Source: a virus
Lineage: Duplodnaviria > Caudoviricetes
Direction: 5' to 3' (one strand)
IMG/VR virus record: IMGVR_UViG_3300035396_001032
Coordinates: 17,214 to 81,213 of that record
Length of the DNA stretch: 64,000 nt
Shown: positions 39,554-48,700 of the stretch, in pieces
How the letters are laid out: every line of letters begins with the position of its first letter
Position numbering within the stretch: the stretch's first letter is position 1
Notes under the pieces: model-generated
What the model was told of the DNA's origin: nothing
Seen by the model: only the letters and a program-made list of their open reading frames with translations
Databases searched by the model: none
Program-made: the position numbers and the translations under genes

Positions 39554-39903
39554 GGAAACACAACTTAGTAACATCAACAAACCCACATGATAAGGTTAAA
39601 TATGTTTATTTAATACAGTCATTAGAAAATGGGTATTATAAAATAGGGGTATCGAAGCATCCCCAAAAAAGAAGAAGTGGATTACAAACAGGTAATCCAT
39701 CACCAATCAAAGTAATTGACACATATTCGTCAATGTTTGCACACCTAATTGAAAGAACCTTACAGAGAAGGTATGAATATCTTCGTAAAGAGGGTGAATG
39801 GTTTGATTTATCTCTCCAAGAGGAACTTTCATTCCATAAAAACTGCCAACAAATCGAAGAAAATCTAATTTTTTTGAAAAAAAGTGGTAATGTATTTATA
39901 TAA
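39550..39903 (+). CDS. T5orf172/MUG113-type GIY-YIG nuclease
   Basis: YVYLI...YYKIGVSKHPQKRRSGLQTGNP...IERTLQ...EGEWF. Confidence 0.85.
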   Translation: MRKHNLVTSTNPHDKVKYVYLIQSLENGYYKIGVSKHPQKRRSGLQTGNPSPIKVIDTYSSMFAHLIERTLQRRYEYLRKEGEWFDLSLQEELSFHKNCQQIEENLIFLKKSGNVFI

Positions 39904-39907
39904 ACCC

Positions 39908-39938
39908 TTGTGTTTTCAATATTTTTGTTATAGTTTTG
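39908..39938 (+). promoter_or_regulatory. Bacteroidota primary-sigma promoter (GTATTTATA also at 39892-39900)
   Basis: TTG (39908-39910)-N20-TAGTTTTG (39931-39938). Confidence 0.7.
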
Positions 39939-39977
39939 ACAAAAATTCAAATAATTCTATATAAATTATTTTCTAAT

Positions 39978-41414
39978 ATGAAAAGAGAACGAATTGAAAA
40001 AGCAGTAGAAGTTATCAATTATGCAATACAAAATCAAATATCGGTTAAGGAAGCGTCAGTCAAGTGTGGATTTGCTGACACCTATGTAAAAAACGTTAAA
40101 GCAATTGCTTATGACGAATATACGTCAGGAGTCCTTGATGATGAATTATTTGGCATATTTACTGAAGCATATGCCAGATATGAAAATAGAGGAATTTTAC
40201 GAGACGTAGAAACCAACGAAAAACCTAAAGACCTTCCTAAATCTGAAGGTGAACAAACAAAATTTGATGTAAAAGGAAATGAAGCTGAGATTGAGTGGAA
40301 AAGCGGTTCTAACTATCCTGCAGACCATATTAAAACTCTCGATGAATTACTTAAAATCTGTGATGTTGACACTGAAATCTGGGGTGTTAAAGACTATACA
40401 GTAAATAAATGGGATGTCACAGCCATTATTGATAAAACCCCAAAGACCTTCCAAAACTTCCAAGTTAAAGCACGTCTGGAAAAAAATGTTGTTGCCAGTG
40501 ATGCATTGTACATCGAGAAGATGTTCAAAAATATGGTGAAGAACTATGAACCACCAGTGCTTAATTGGACTAAAATACAAAACAGTTTTGATAATAACGA
40601 AAATAATCTCTTGGAGATTTCAATTTTTGACCTACATATTGGAAAACTTGCTTGGGGTGGAGAAACTGGTGAAAACTACGATACTAAAATTGCACGTGAA
40701 AGATTTCTATCTTCAATCGAAAAACTGTTGAAAAACGCAAGTGGATTCCCATATTCAAGAATACTCTTCCCAATTGGTAATGATTTCTTCAACAGTGACA
40801 CAATTTTTAACACGACAACTAAAGGAACACAACAAGACGAAGACTTACGTTGGCAGAAAACGTTTAATGTAGGTGTAAGACTTCTTGTTGATGCAATTAA
40901 TATGTTGAAACAAACGGGAGTGCCTGTGGACGTGGTGGTTATCCCCGGGAATCACGACTTCGAACGTAGCTACTACATGGGTAAATATCTCGAAGCATGG
41001 TTCAACAATGACCCCTCAGTTTGGATAAACAATGGTGCTTCTCCAAGAAAATATTACCGTTTTGGTAACGTATTACTTGGTTTAACGCATGGTAGTGAAG
41101 AAAAAGAAAGTAGCTTACCAATGTTAATGGCAACAGACATTGAGTCCAAACCATTGTGGAGTGAAACCAAGTTCCACGAATGGCACTTAGGACATATTCA
41201 TAGAAAACGTAATGTGAAGTATGAAATTAACAGGTCGAGACCATTGAATGAAGACTTAGGTGTTACAGTAAGATATTTGTCAAGTCTTACTGGAACAGAA
41301 GAATGGCATCATAAAAAAGGATTTGTTGGTTGTACTAAAGCAGCAGATGCTTTTATCTGGAATTACGAGTTTGGGTTAATCGCTCACTTAAATACAAATT
41401 TAATAATTGAATAA
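39978..41414 (+). CDS. Calcineurin-like metallophosphoesterase with N-terminal HTH-like region
   Basis: FDLHIGK, GNDFFNSD, PGNHD, LTHG, GHIH. The track's TTG start overlaps the promoter, so ATG 39978 is preferred. Confidence 0.85.
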   Translation: MKRERIEKAVEVINYAIQNQISVKEASVKCGFADTYVKNVKAIAYDEYTSGVLDDELFGIFTEAYARYENRGILRDVETNEKPKDLPKSEGEQTKFDVKGNEAEIEWKSGSNYPADHIKTLDELLKICDVDTEIWGVKDYTVNKWDVTAIIDKTPKTFQNFQVKARLEKNVVASDALYIEKMFKNMVKNYEPPVLNWTKIQNSFDNNENNLLEISIFDLHIGKLAWGGETGENYDTKIARERFLSSIEKLLKNASGFPYSRILFPIGNDFFNSDTIFNTTTKGTQQDEDLRWQKTFNVGVRLLVDAINMLKQTGVPVDVVVIPGNHDFERSYYMGKYLEAWFNNDPSVWINNGASPRKYYRFGNVLLGLTHGSEEKESSLPMLMATDIESKPLWSETKFHEWHLGHIHRKRNVKYEINRSRPLNEDLGVTVRYLSSLTGTEEWHHKKGFVGCTKAADAFIWNYEFGLIAHLNTNLIIE

Positions 41415-41417
41415 TAT

Positions 41418-41972
41418 ATGGCAAAAAATTTAATGAATTTGGCAAAAGGTGGTAATAAGAAAACCATACCTGCCGTTAAAAAACCTGTTGAAAAGAAGGT
41501 TGTTGCAAAAACAATTTCACCTGCAGAAGAACGTGACTTGAAAGCAAAAGCAAAAGTAGAAGAACTATTACAAGATGTGAATCTATCGCCAATTGCTAAG
41601 GAAGAACTACTTGAGATTGAAGCAAATGATGATGACGATGCACCAAAAGGTGCGGAATGGCTTGAAGAACAAGTAACACTTTTAACTGAAAAGAACGAAT
41701 TGTTACGAAGTGAATTAGCACTTGCAAAAGAAGATTATGCAAGACTATTTCATGACCATCAGCAAATGAGAGGTGGCGGTGTTGTTGGCGGTACAAATGA
41801 CGGTGCTGTTGCTGCAAAAGTAATTGAATTGTTCAATGAATTGCAGGATAATCACATTAAATTGGGGACTGATATGAATACTGGAATTGGTAATTTCAGG
41901 ATTTTCTGCCCCGGTTTTCTCAACCGAATGATATCCTTTTTCCCCTTCTTAGCTACCGAAAGAAGATACTAA
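41418..41972 (+). CDS. Hypothetical coiled-coil protein
   Basis: 184-aa ORF, central heptad-rich helix. Confidence 0.7.
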   Translation: MAKNLMNLAKGGNKKTIPAVKKPVEKKVVAKTISPAEERDLKAKAKVEELLQDVNLSPIAKEELLEIEANDDDDAPKGAEWLEEQVTLLTEKNELLRSELALAKEDYARLFHDHQQMRGGGVVGGTNDGAVAAKVIELFNELQDNHIKLGTDMNTGIGNFRIFCPGFLNRMISFFPFLATERRY

Positions 41973-41990
41973 CTAAACTAAATTTAAATG

Positions 41991-42029
41991 ATTTGCCTTA
42001 AAACCTTTGTTTTGAGGCAAATTTTTTTT
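41991..42029 (+). terminator. Intrinsic terminator overlapping the primase promoter
   Basis: ATTTGCCTTAAAAC-cttt-GTTTTGAGGCAAAT (one G-U) plus T-run. Confidence 0.75.
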
Positions 42030-42036
42030 ATATTTG
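42007..42036 (+). promoter_or_regulatory. Bacteroidota primary-sigma promoter upstream of primase
   Basis: TTG (42007-42009)-N19-TATATTTG (42029-42036). Confidence 0.75.
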
Positions 42037-42041
42037 TCACT

Positions 42042-43112
42042 ATGATAAGGGGACAAGAATTTCATTCGATAGTTCAGAACGTCTTTGGTGATGTGAATGG
42101 TCTCATGCAATCCGAACAATTGCAGGTTAACTGTCCTCATTGTCAGGAACGAGAAGGACTTGCATATCCTGATGGGAAATTTAATCTTGAAATCAACACT
42201 GCCAAAAGAATGTTTAGGTGTTGGAAGTGTGATGAACCAAGATTTTCAGGCTCATTAGGAAAACTTGTCAGAATGTTTGGTAGTCGTATTGATTACGAAA
42301 TGTATAAGTCATATGCAGGAATTTATCGTGATTATGATTACGTTGGTGACGATGATGAAGTAGAAACACTTCATGTTCACCTACCCGAAGAAATGATTTT
42401 ATTTTCACAAATGGAAGCAGGTAATGCTGAACATTTTGCTGCTTATAATTACATGGTGAATGACAGAAAAATATCAAGAGATATCATATTAAGATATCGG
42501 CTTGGTTTTTGTACTACTGGAAAGTATGCTGAAAGAGTAATAATTCCATCATATGATAAATATGGTGATGTTAATTATTTTGTCGGCAGATATTATGGAA
42601 ATGACCTGAAAATTAAAAAGAAACTACCATATCTTAATCCACAGGCAGATAAAGATGCGATTATTTTTAATGAAGGTCTTGTTAATTGGGACTCTACTGT
42701 ATACCTTGTTGAAGGTGCGTTTGAAATGTTAAGTTTTCCTGTGAATATTATTCCAATATTGGGAAAAACATTATCAACCACATTGTTTTTAAAATTGCAA
42801 GAACTAAAACCTGATGTCGTTGTGTTGTTAGACCCTGATGCCTACAAAAATGCTGTCGAACTCTATTATACGTTATACACTATTTATGTGGGTTGTGAGG
42901 AAAGAGTTAAACTGGTTAAAATCCCAAGCGAAAAAGATTTAGATGACCTTCGTAAAAAACAAGGTATTGATGAAGTTATTAAAAGTCTTTATACTGCAAG
43001 AGGTTTAACTGTTGACGATTACTTTATTAAAAAGTTGGATAAACCGTATGATAAACGAGCAGGAAGATATCAATCTTATTCAAAGTATTTTGAATGGGAA
43101 TCACCACGCTGA
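42042..43112 (+). CDS. dnaG: DNA primase (Zn-finger + TOPRIM)
   Basis: NCPHC...FRCWKC zinc-binding domain; RVIIPSYD...YFVGRY; YLVEGAFE; LLDPDA (DxD). Confidence 0.88.
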   Translation: MIRGQEFHSIVQNVFGDVNGLMQSEQLQVNCPHCQEREGLAYPDGKFNLEINTAKRMFRCWKCDEPRFSGSLGKLVRMFGSRIDYEMYKSYAGIYRDYDYVGDDDEVETLHVHLPEEMILFSQMEAGNAEHFAAYNYMVNDRKISRDIILRYRLGFCTTGKYAERVIIPSYDKYGDVNYFVGRYYGNDLKIKKKLPYLNPQADKDAIIFNEGLVNWDSTVYLVEGAFEMLSFPVNIIPILGKTLSTTLFLKLQELKPDVVVLLDPDAYKNAVELYYTLYTIYVGCEERVKLVKIPSEKDLDDLRKKQGIDEVIKSLYTARGLTVDDYFIKKLDKPYDKRAGRYQSYSKYFEWESPR

Positions 43113-43719
43113 AGAAGTATTTTTCAATAAATATCAAAAAATAGTTAAGAATTATATTAGAGGTAAGTTTACGAAAATTAATAGTGATGACCTTGATGAT
43201 TGTGTCTCAGAGATTTTAATTAAAACGTTTCAATATCTTAGCAAATACGATAAAGAAAAGTCAAGCGTTAAGACTTGGGTGTTAGTTATAGCTAAACACT
43301 ACTTAATTGATAGGTGGCGTAGCAATACTGCGGTTTCTGCATCAACTGGTACACATACCTTTACGATATCAACAGACACAGCATTTGACATAGGAAGTAC
43401 ATCATCAAATAGTGGGTTTATCGCAAGCACATCAAATAGTGGTTTTATCACTGCCAGTAACGTTAATAATTTAGCATTTACTGCAAATAATACATTCACT
43501 TCCAGCAACAATTCTTTCGAAAACTGTAGTGCAATTAATTATATCTCAACACAGATTTCTCCAACAGATTTTACACTTTTGGATATGAAATACGTTCAGG
43601 GTTATGACTATAATGAAATCGGTAAAGAGTTTAACGTTACAAGTTCTACAATCAGCAATAGGGTTAACTATATTAAAACCAAGTTGAAAAAAAATTATTC
43701 TGAGATAATTTACGACTAA
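43048..43719 (+). CDS. ECF-like RNA polymerase sigma factor
   Basis: Region 2: DLDDCVSEILIKTFQYLSKYD..KSSVKTWVLVIAKHYLIDRWR. Region 4: LLDMKYVQGYDYNEIGKEFNVTSSTISNRV. S/T/N-rich spacer. Confidence 0.85.
   Translation: MINEQEDINLIQSILNGNHHAEEVFFNKYQKIVKNYIRGKFTKINSDDLDDCVSEILIKTFQYLSKYDKEKSSVKTWVLVIAKHYLIDRWRSNTAVSASTGTHTFTISTDTAFDIGSTSSNSGFIASTSNSGFITASNVNNLAFTANNTFTSSNNSFENCSAINYISTQISPTDFTLLDMKYVQGYDYNEIGKEFNVTSSTISNRVNYIKTKLKKNYSEIIYD
43403..43449 (+). repeat. 27-bp-period direct repeat in the sigma spacer
   Basis: CATCAAATAGTGGGTTTATC (43403-43422) and CATCAAATAGTGGTTTTATC (43430-43449), encoding (S/T)SNSGFI twice. Confidence 0.85.
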
Positions 43720-43724
43720 ATCAA

Positions 43725-43733
43725 GTATTTATA
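43725..43733 (+). promoter_or_regulatory. GTATTTAT phage promoter motif
   Basis: GTATTTATA 25 nt before ATG 43750. Confidence 0.7.
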
Positions 43734-43749
43734 GAAAATATTTGACGCA

Positions 43750-45117
43750 ATGGGAAAACAGGGCATATTTGAATACGTTAATATACAGAAACAAGAACGT
43801 AAAAAACCGAATGGTGATTCATATTTTTCATATGTTCTTGTATCAAAAAATCCAAATGAGGTAAAAGCATTCTACCCAACATTAAAAAGACTTGGGTTTA
43901 GGGAAATTAGAGATAAGAGAACTGGAAAATCAATATTATTTAAATACGATAGAGAATTTAGCGATAAAGATTGGGAAGCAATTAAAAATTTTAATGCTGA
44001 ATTAGAAGCAAATGGTGGTCAGACAGACGACATCCAAGTATTCATATCAGAATTGGAACAACTTAGAGCAGAGATTGAAGCAGCACGAATACCATTAAAA
44101 ACAAAAACTGAACTTGAATTAAAACTTGAAGATTATATTGAAAAAATAGCAAATGGTGTTGAAGATGAAACTGCCGATGCAATTCTTCAACAATTCATTG
44201 CATTCTCAAGTAAATTTCATGATTATAGTGCAAAAAACATCATTTTAATTTATTTACAAAAGCCTGATGCAACAAGGATTGCAGCAAAAAGCGTGTGGAA
44301 TAAAATGGGTCGTCAAGTTAATGTAAATGCTGCAATTACAATTAATTGTGTAAATAAGTATTATAAATTACCTAATGGTAAATCTATTGAATATAAACTT
44401 GAAGACCAAAAAAAAGATAGAGAATATTTAAAAAAACCTGCACACTTACAATCACAAGAAATGTTGCGTCAGATTAGAATGAGGAAAAATTATACGTTAG
44501 GTCCTTTCAACGCATGCCCAGTATTTGATATTTCAGACACGCATGGTGCTGATGTTCCAGAAGAGCAAAAATGGACAAGTACTAATGATAATAATGCTGA
44601 TGCAAACACATTGTTTGATATTGCTAAGAAAAGTCTTGAAAGTATTGGAATAAGAGTTACACAAGACCCTGCAACTGCAGGTGAAACTGGTTGGAGTAGA
44701 AATGGACAAATAAATGTAAGTCAAGACGTTACTGGCAGTAATGCAGCAGCGACTATTTTTAAAGAATGGGCAAGTGATTTATTATATAATACGACCAATG
44801 TTACACCCGAAACTGATTTTGGACAAAAAGCAATTAAATATTTGGAAGATAAGGGTGATTTAACAAATGCTGAAGTAAAAGTTATTAAGGCAATTCAAGC
44901 AGAAGCAATTGCAGCAGCAGTTTGTAAACATTATAATTTACCTGCACCATCAGTTACATCAAAGTTTAAAACATTAACACAAACAAGTGGTGGCATGTCA
45001 ATTAAACAAATTATAAACGAAAATCTTTCCACATTAACTGGCGTGGGTAGTTATATTGTATCGCAAATCGAAGATTATAACAATCCAAATCGAAGTAGAC
45101 AATCTAATTATGAATAA
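43750..45117 (+). CDS. ArdC-like antirestriction protein (ssDNA-binding domain + degenerate zincin domain)
   Basis: FHDYSAKNIILIYLQKPDATRIAAKSVWNKMGRQV...VFDISDT.G is ArdC-N-like; IFKEWAS sits at the HExxH position; downstream AEAIAAAVC helix. Confidence 0.72.
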   Translation: MGKQGIFEYVNIQKQERKKPNGDSYFSYVLVSKNPNEVKAFYPTLKRLGFREIRDKRTGKSILFKYDREFSDKDWEAIKNFNAELEANGGQTDDIQVFISELEQLRAEIEAARIPLKTKTELELKLEDYIEKIANGVEDETADAILQQFIAFSSKFHDYSAKNIILIYLQKPDATRIAAKSVWNKMGRQVNVNAAITINCVNKYYKLPNGKSIEYKLEDQKKDREYLKKPAHLQSQEMLRQIRMRKNYTLGPFNACPVFDISDTHGADVPEEQKWTSTNDNNADANTLFDIAKKSLESIGIRVTQDPATAGETGWSRNGQINVSQDVTGSNAAATIFKEWASDLLYNTTNVTPETDFGQKAIKYLEDKGDLTNAEVKVIKAIQAEAIAAAVCKHYNLPAPSVTSKFKTLTQTSGGMSIKQIINENLSTLTGVGSYIVSQIEDYNNPNRSRQSNYE

Positions 45118-45120
45118 TAA

Positions 45121-45147
45121 AAAAAGGCATCTAAATGATGCCTTTTT
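45121..45147. terminator. Bidirectional intrinsic terminator between convergent genes
   Basis: AAAAAGGCATC-taaat-GATGCCTTTTT, with A-run and T-run on either side. Confidence 0.88.
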
Positions 45148-45166
45148 GTTTCTGGGACTTTTAGAA

Positions 45167-45580
45167 TTACTTAATTTCAATTGTTTTCTTACCTAACTTC
45201 GTATTGTCCTCAAGTTTTGGTATAGTTATTTTGAGTATCCCGTCAATTAACGAAGCATCGATTTTTTCTTTATCAACATTATCTGGAAGTTTGAAAGACC
45301 TTTCATATTTTCCAAAATACGTTTCTTTACGATTATATTTTACGTCTTTACTTTCTTTACGTTCAGCATTAATCTTCAACATATTTTTTTCAATGTCAAT
45401 GCTGATGTCTTCTTTTTTTAAGCCAGCCAATAATAATTCGATTTGAAACTCTTTCTCGTTTTCAATCACGTCATGTACTGGCGTTTTTGCCATTGTATCC
45501 ATTTCAGAAAGTTCAAATAAATCATCAAGAATTGATGTAAATAAATTAATTGATGGTGATGTGTGTCTAATAGTTATCAT
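45167..45580 (-). CDS. hsp20: Small heat-shock protein (Hsp20/alpha-crystallin)
   Basis: PVHDVIENEKEFQIELLLAGLKKEDISI...ETYFGKYERSFKLPDNVD..IDASL.DGILKITIPK. ATG 45580 preferred over GTG 45613. Confidence 0.93.
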   Translation of the reverse strand: MITIRHTSPSINLFTSILDDLFELSEMDTMAKTPVHDVIENEKEFQIELLLAGLKKEDISIDIEKNMLKINAERKESKDVKYNRKETYFGKYERSFKLPDNVDKEKIDASLIDGILKITIPKLEDNTKLGKKTIEIK

Positions 45581-45619
45581 AATTTTTGTTTTAATAATAA
45601 TGTTATTTTTCACATATAG

Positions 45620-45662
45620 TTCAAATTCAGTACCATTGCTGATTATCTGACAACTTGTCAGA
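45620..45662 (-). promoter_or_regulatory. sigma54-like -24/-12 element plus perfect inverted repeat upstream of hsp20
   Basis: Minus strand TGGTAC-TGAAT-TTGA (45635 to 45621); TCTGACAA-c-TTGTCAGA palindrome at 45646-45662. Confidence 0.55.
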
Positions 45663-45705
45663 AAAAATCATAGTATTTAAACAAAATTGTCATAGTAAAA
45701 AAGTC

Positions 45706-45736
45706 TTGCATATTCGGATGATTTTAAATATATTTG
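45706..45736 (+). promoter_or_regulatory. Bacteroidota primary-sigma promoter upstream of sbcD-sbcC
   Basis: TTG (45706-45708)-N20-TATATTTG (45729-45736). Confidence 0.8.
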
Positions 45737-45752
45737 TGAAAAAATATAATAC

Positions 45753-48700
45753 ATGATAAAAAAGATTGCACACCTTGCAGATATACACATCCGTAAAACA
45801 CCCACACGCAATGCCGAATATGAAATTGTATTCAAAAACTTAATAGAATCCCTCACCAATGAAAAACCAGATAGAATAGTAATTGATGGTGACTTGGTTC
45901 ACGACTACCTTGACCTTCAGGGTGAACAACTAATACTTGCTTCAAATTTTCTCAACGAATTAAGTATGATTGCACCAGTGAGGGTGACCAGAGGTAATCA
46001 TGATTGCCGTAAGAAGAATCTGAATCGTGTTGATAGTGTTAAAGCTATTGTTGAAACCCTACATAATCCAAGAGTAATTTATTATGAATCAACAGGTTTC
46101 TTCGATGACGATAATGTGACTTGGGCAGTATGGCATCATGGGGAAAAAAATAATAATCCTTGGAAGTCTAAGGATGGTAAAAATATTCTTGCAAATCCTA
46201 ATCATTATTATGCCATTGACTTATTTCATGACCCTATCACTGGTTGTAAATCTACCACTGGTTTTGAAATGAAAAGTAAGTCATATTACAAGATTTCTGA
46301 CTTCAAGGGAACTCTTTCGATGTTCGGTGATATTCATCGCATGCAATTTTTAGATAAAGCTCAAACCAAAGCATATTGTGGCTCATTAATCGCACAAGAT
46401 TTTTCAGAAGGTGATGATAACTTTCATGGTTATCTTATGTGGGATATTCAGACCAAGGTTGCTGAAATGATACCAATAAAGAATGATTATTCCTTCAAGA
46501 ATGTATTACTCACACCATATACAGATTTTGACGATTTAGATTTCGAAATAGATAGTCCTACTAACCACATGAAAGTTCGATTTATCTGGGGCACTTTACC
46601 ACAAACACGCACAAAGGATAATGAAAGAAAGGCTATTGCGTACATTAAATCCAAACACCAGAATTTAACCATTTCTCACAAGAATGAGTTTATTGAAAAC
46701 GAAAAGATTGTTGTTAATGAAAGCATTACATTGCAAAATGTAACTGATAAGGGAGTGCAACATGAGATTTTTAAAGAGTTTTTAATTAAGATAGGTGTCG
46801 ATGAACACGTAATTGCCGATGTTATTGCACTTGACGAAGAAATCTTAACTGAAATTGATGTCACTGATGACCTGAGCATTGAATGGAACGTTATTAAGTT
46901 TGGTGGTAAGAATTTCATGTCATATGGCGAACTTGAAATCGATTGGCGTGATAAAGATGGGTTGTTTCAGATTACTGGTGTTAATACAGCAGGTAAGACA
47001 ACCATTATGAAAATTATAAGCTACATATTGTTTGGTAAGACATTGGAAACCGAATCACGTATGAAGTTCGGTGATATGCGTTTTGTCAATAATAGAAATG
47101 GTGCAAGTTATTGTGAAGCATATCTTGTACTGGAAGCTAATGGTGAATATTTTGGAATCAAGAAAAAAACTGAAATTGTTAAAAATAGGGGTGGTGAAAT
47201 CACAAGTGCCCCAACAACATTGAGTTATTACGTACTGGCAACACCTGATGATGAAATGAATGTTGATACTGCAATTGAAACACTTGATGGAGACCGTAGA
47301 GCAAAAACTCAGAAGAAAATTGAATCAATTATTGGCACATACGATAATTTCATGAGAATCGTTATGACTACCAGTGATACATTGAATCGTATTCTTTCAA
47401 ATGACATGGCAGTTTTTATTGATTCGTTATTATACGATAGTGGTCTGGATATTTTTGACAAGAAACTCGAAGGCTGGAAGGTTGTTAATAAACGTGCAAA
47501 TGAGAAGACAAGAATTACTTGTAATGTCGAATTAACTAATCTCAATAATGCTACACTAACTGAAGATATTCGTGTATTAGAGGGTGAGATTACTAAAATT
47601 GAAAACGAAACCTTACCAAAGATTCAGGAAAGTATTAAAACTGGTAGGTCATATCTGGAAACTATTACTAAGAAACTTTATAAAATTGACTCAGATATCT
47701 ACAATTTAGACGTTGATGTTGCACGAGAGGATATAAGTAACAACAAAAAGAATATCGTTGAAATAAAGGCACAGAAAATGGTTCTAATGCAAAGTATTCT
47801 ACCATTGAAGGAAACTTATGACGAAAAACGATTAACTGAACTCAATGGAAAGAAAGATGCACATAAAACCAACGAATTTAAATTAAAACTGGAAGTTAAG
47901 GACTATGAAAAAAAGATTAGTGACCTTGACCATGAAATCGAAATCATTAATGGAAAAATTTTTAATTTAAAAAATGATGGTGCTAAGTTAAAACAAGAAA
48001 TTGCTAATCTAAAAAGTAGTAAGACTTGCAGTCAGTGCGGACAGTTAATTGATAAACAAGAACATATAGACCACATCAATAAGACTGTTAAGGAAAAAGA
48101 AGCTGAAATGTTTAAGATTGCTGATGAAATAAAAAAACAGCAAGCAATTATAGACAGCACACATAAAGTGGCAATTGAGGCTAATCGTGTCGAAATCGAC
48201 ACAATTAAAAAGAAAATCGAAGCACAATCACTTGAAATGGAAGAAATTCTAAAGGAAATTGGGATAATCACCAATGATAAGAACGATGTTGATAAGCGTA
48301 AGGAACTTCAAGCAGAATTAGACCAGATTCCAACTAAAATTCAGAATGAAGAACTGAAAATCGGCATCTTGGAACAGAAGATAACCAGTCATGAGAATAG
48401 TTTACTTCAGATTGAGGAAAATCAGAAGATTGAAAAGGGTATTGCTGCAGCTAAATTAAAAATTGCTGCGCTTGAAGACGAAGAAAGTGACGAAAAAGAA
48501 AACGTTTACATTAGAAAGACAAATATCGGTGATAAACAACTTAGAATCAAGTATAATGAATCAATAATTGCTGAGTTTAAGGCACAGGAGTATCGAGATA
48601 CTGTTATGAACCTATATAAGAAATGCGTTCACAGGGATGGTATTCCAAGGCAAATGTTGAGTAACTACATTATACCTAAAATCAATTTAACTTTAGAGAA

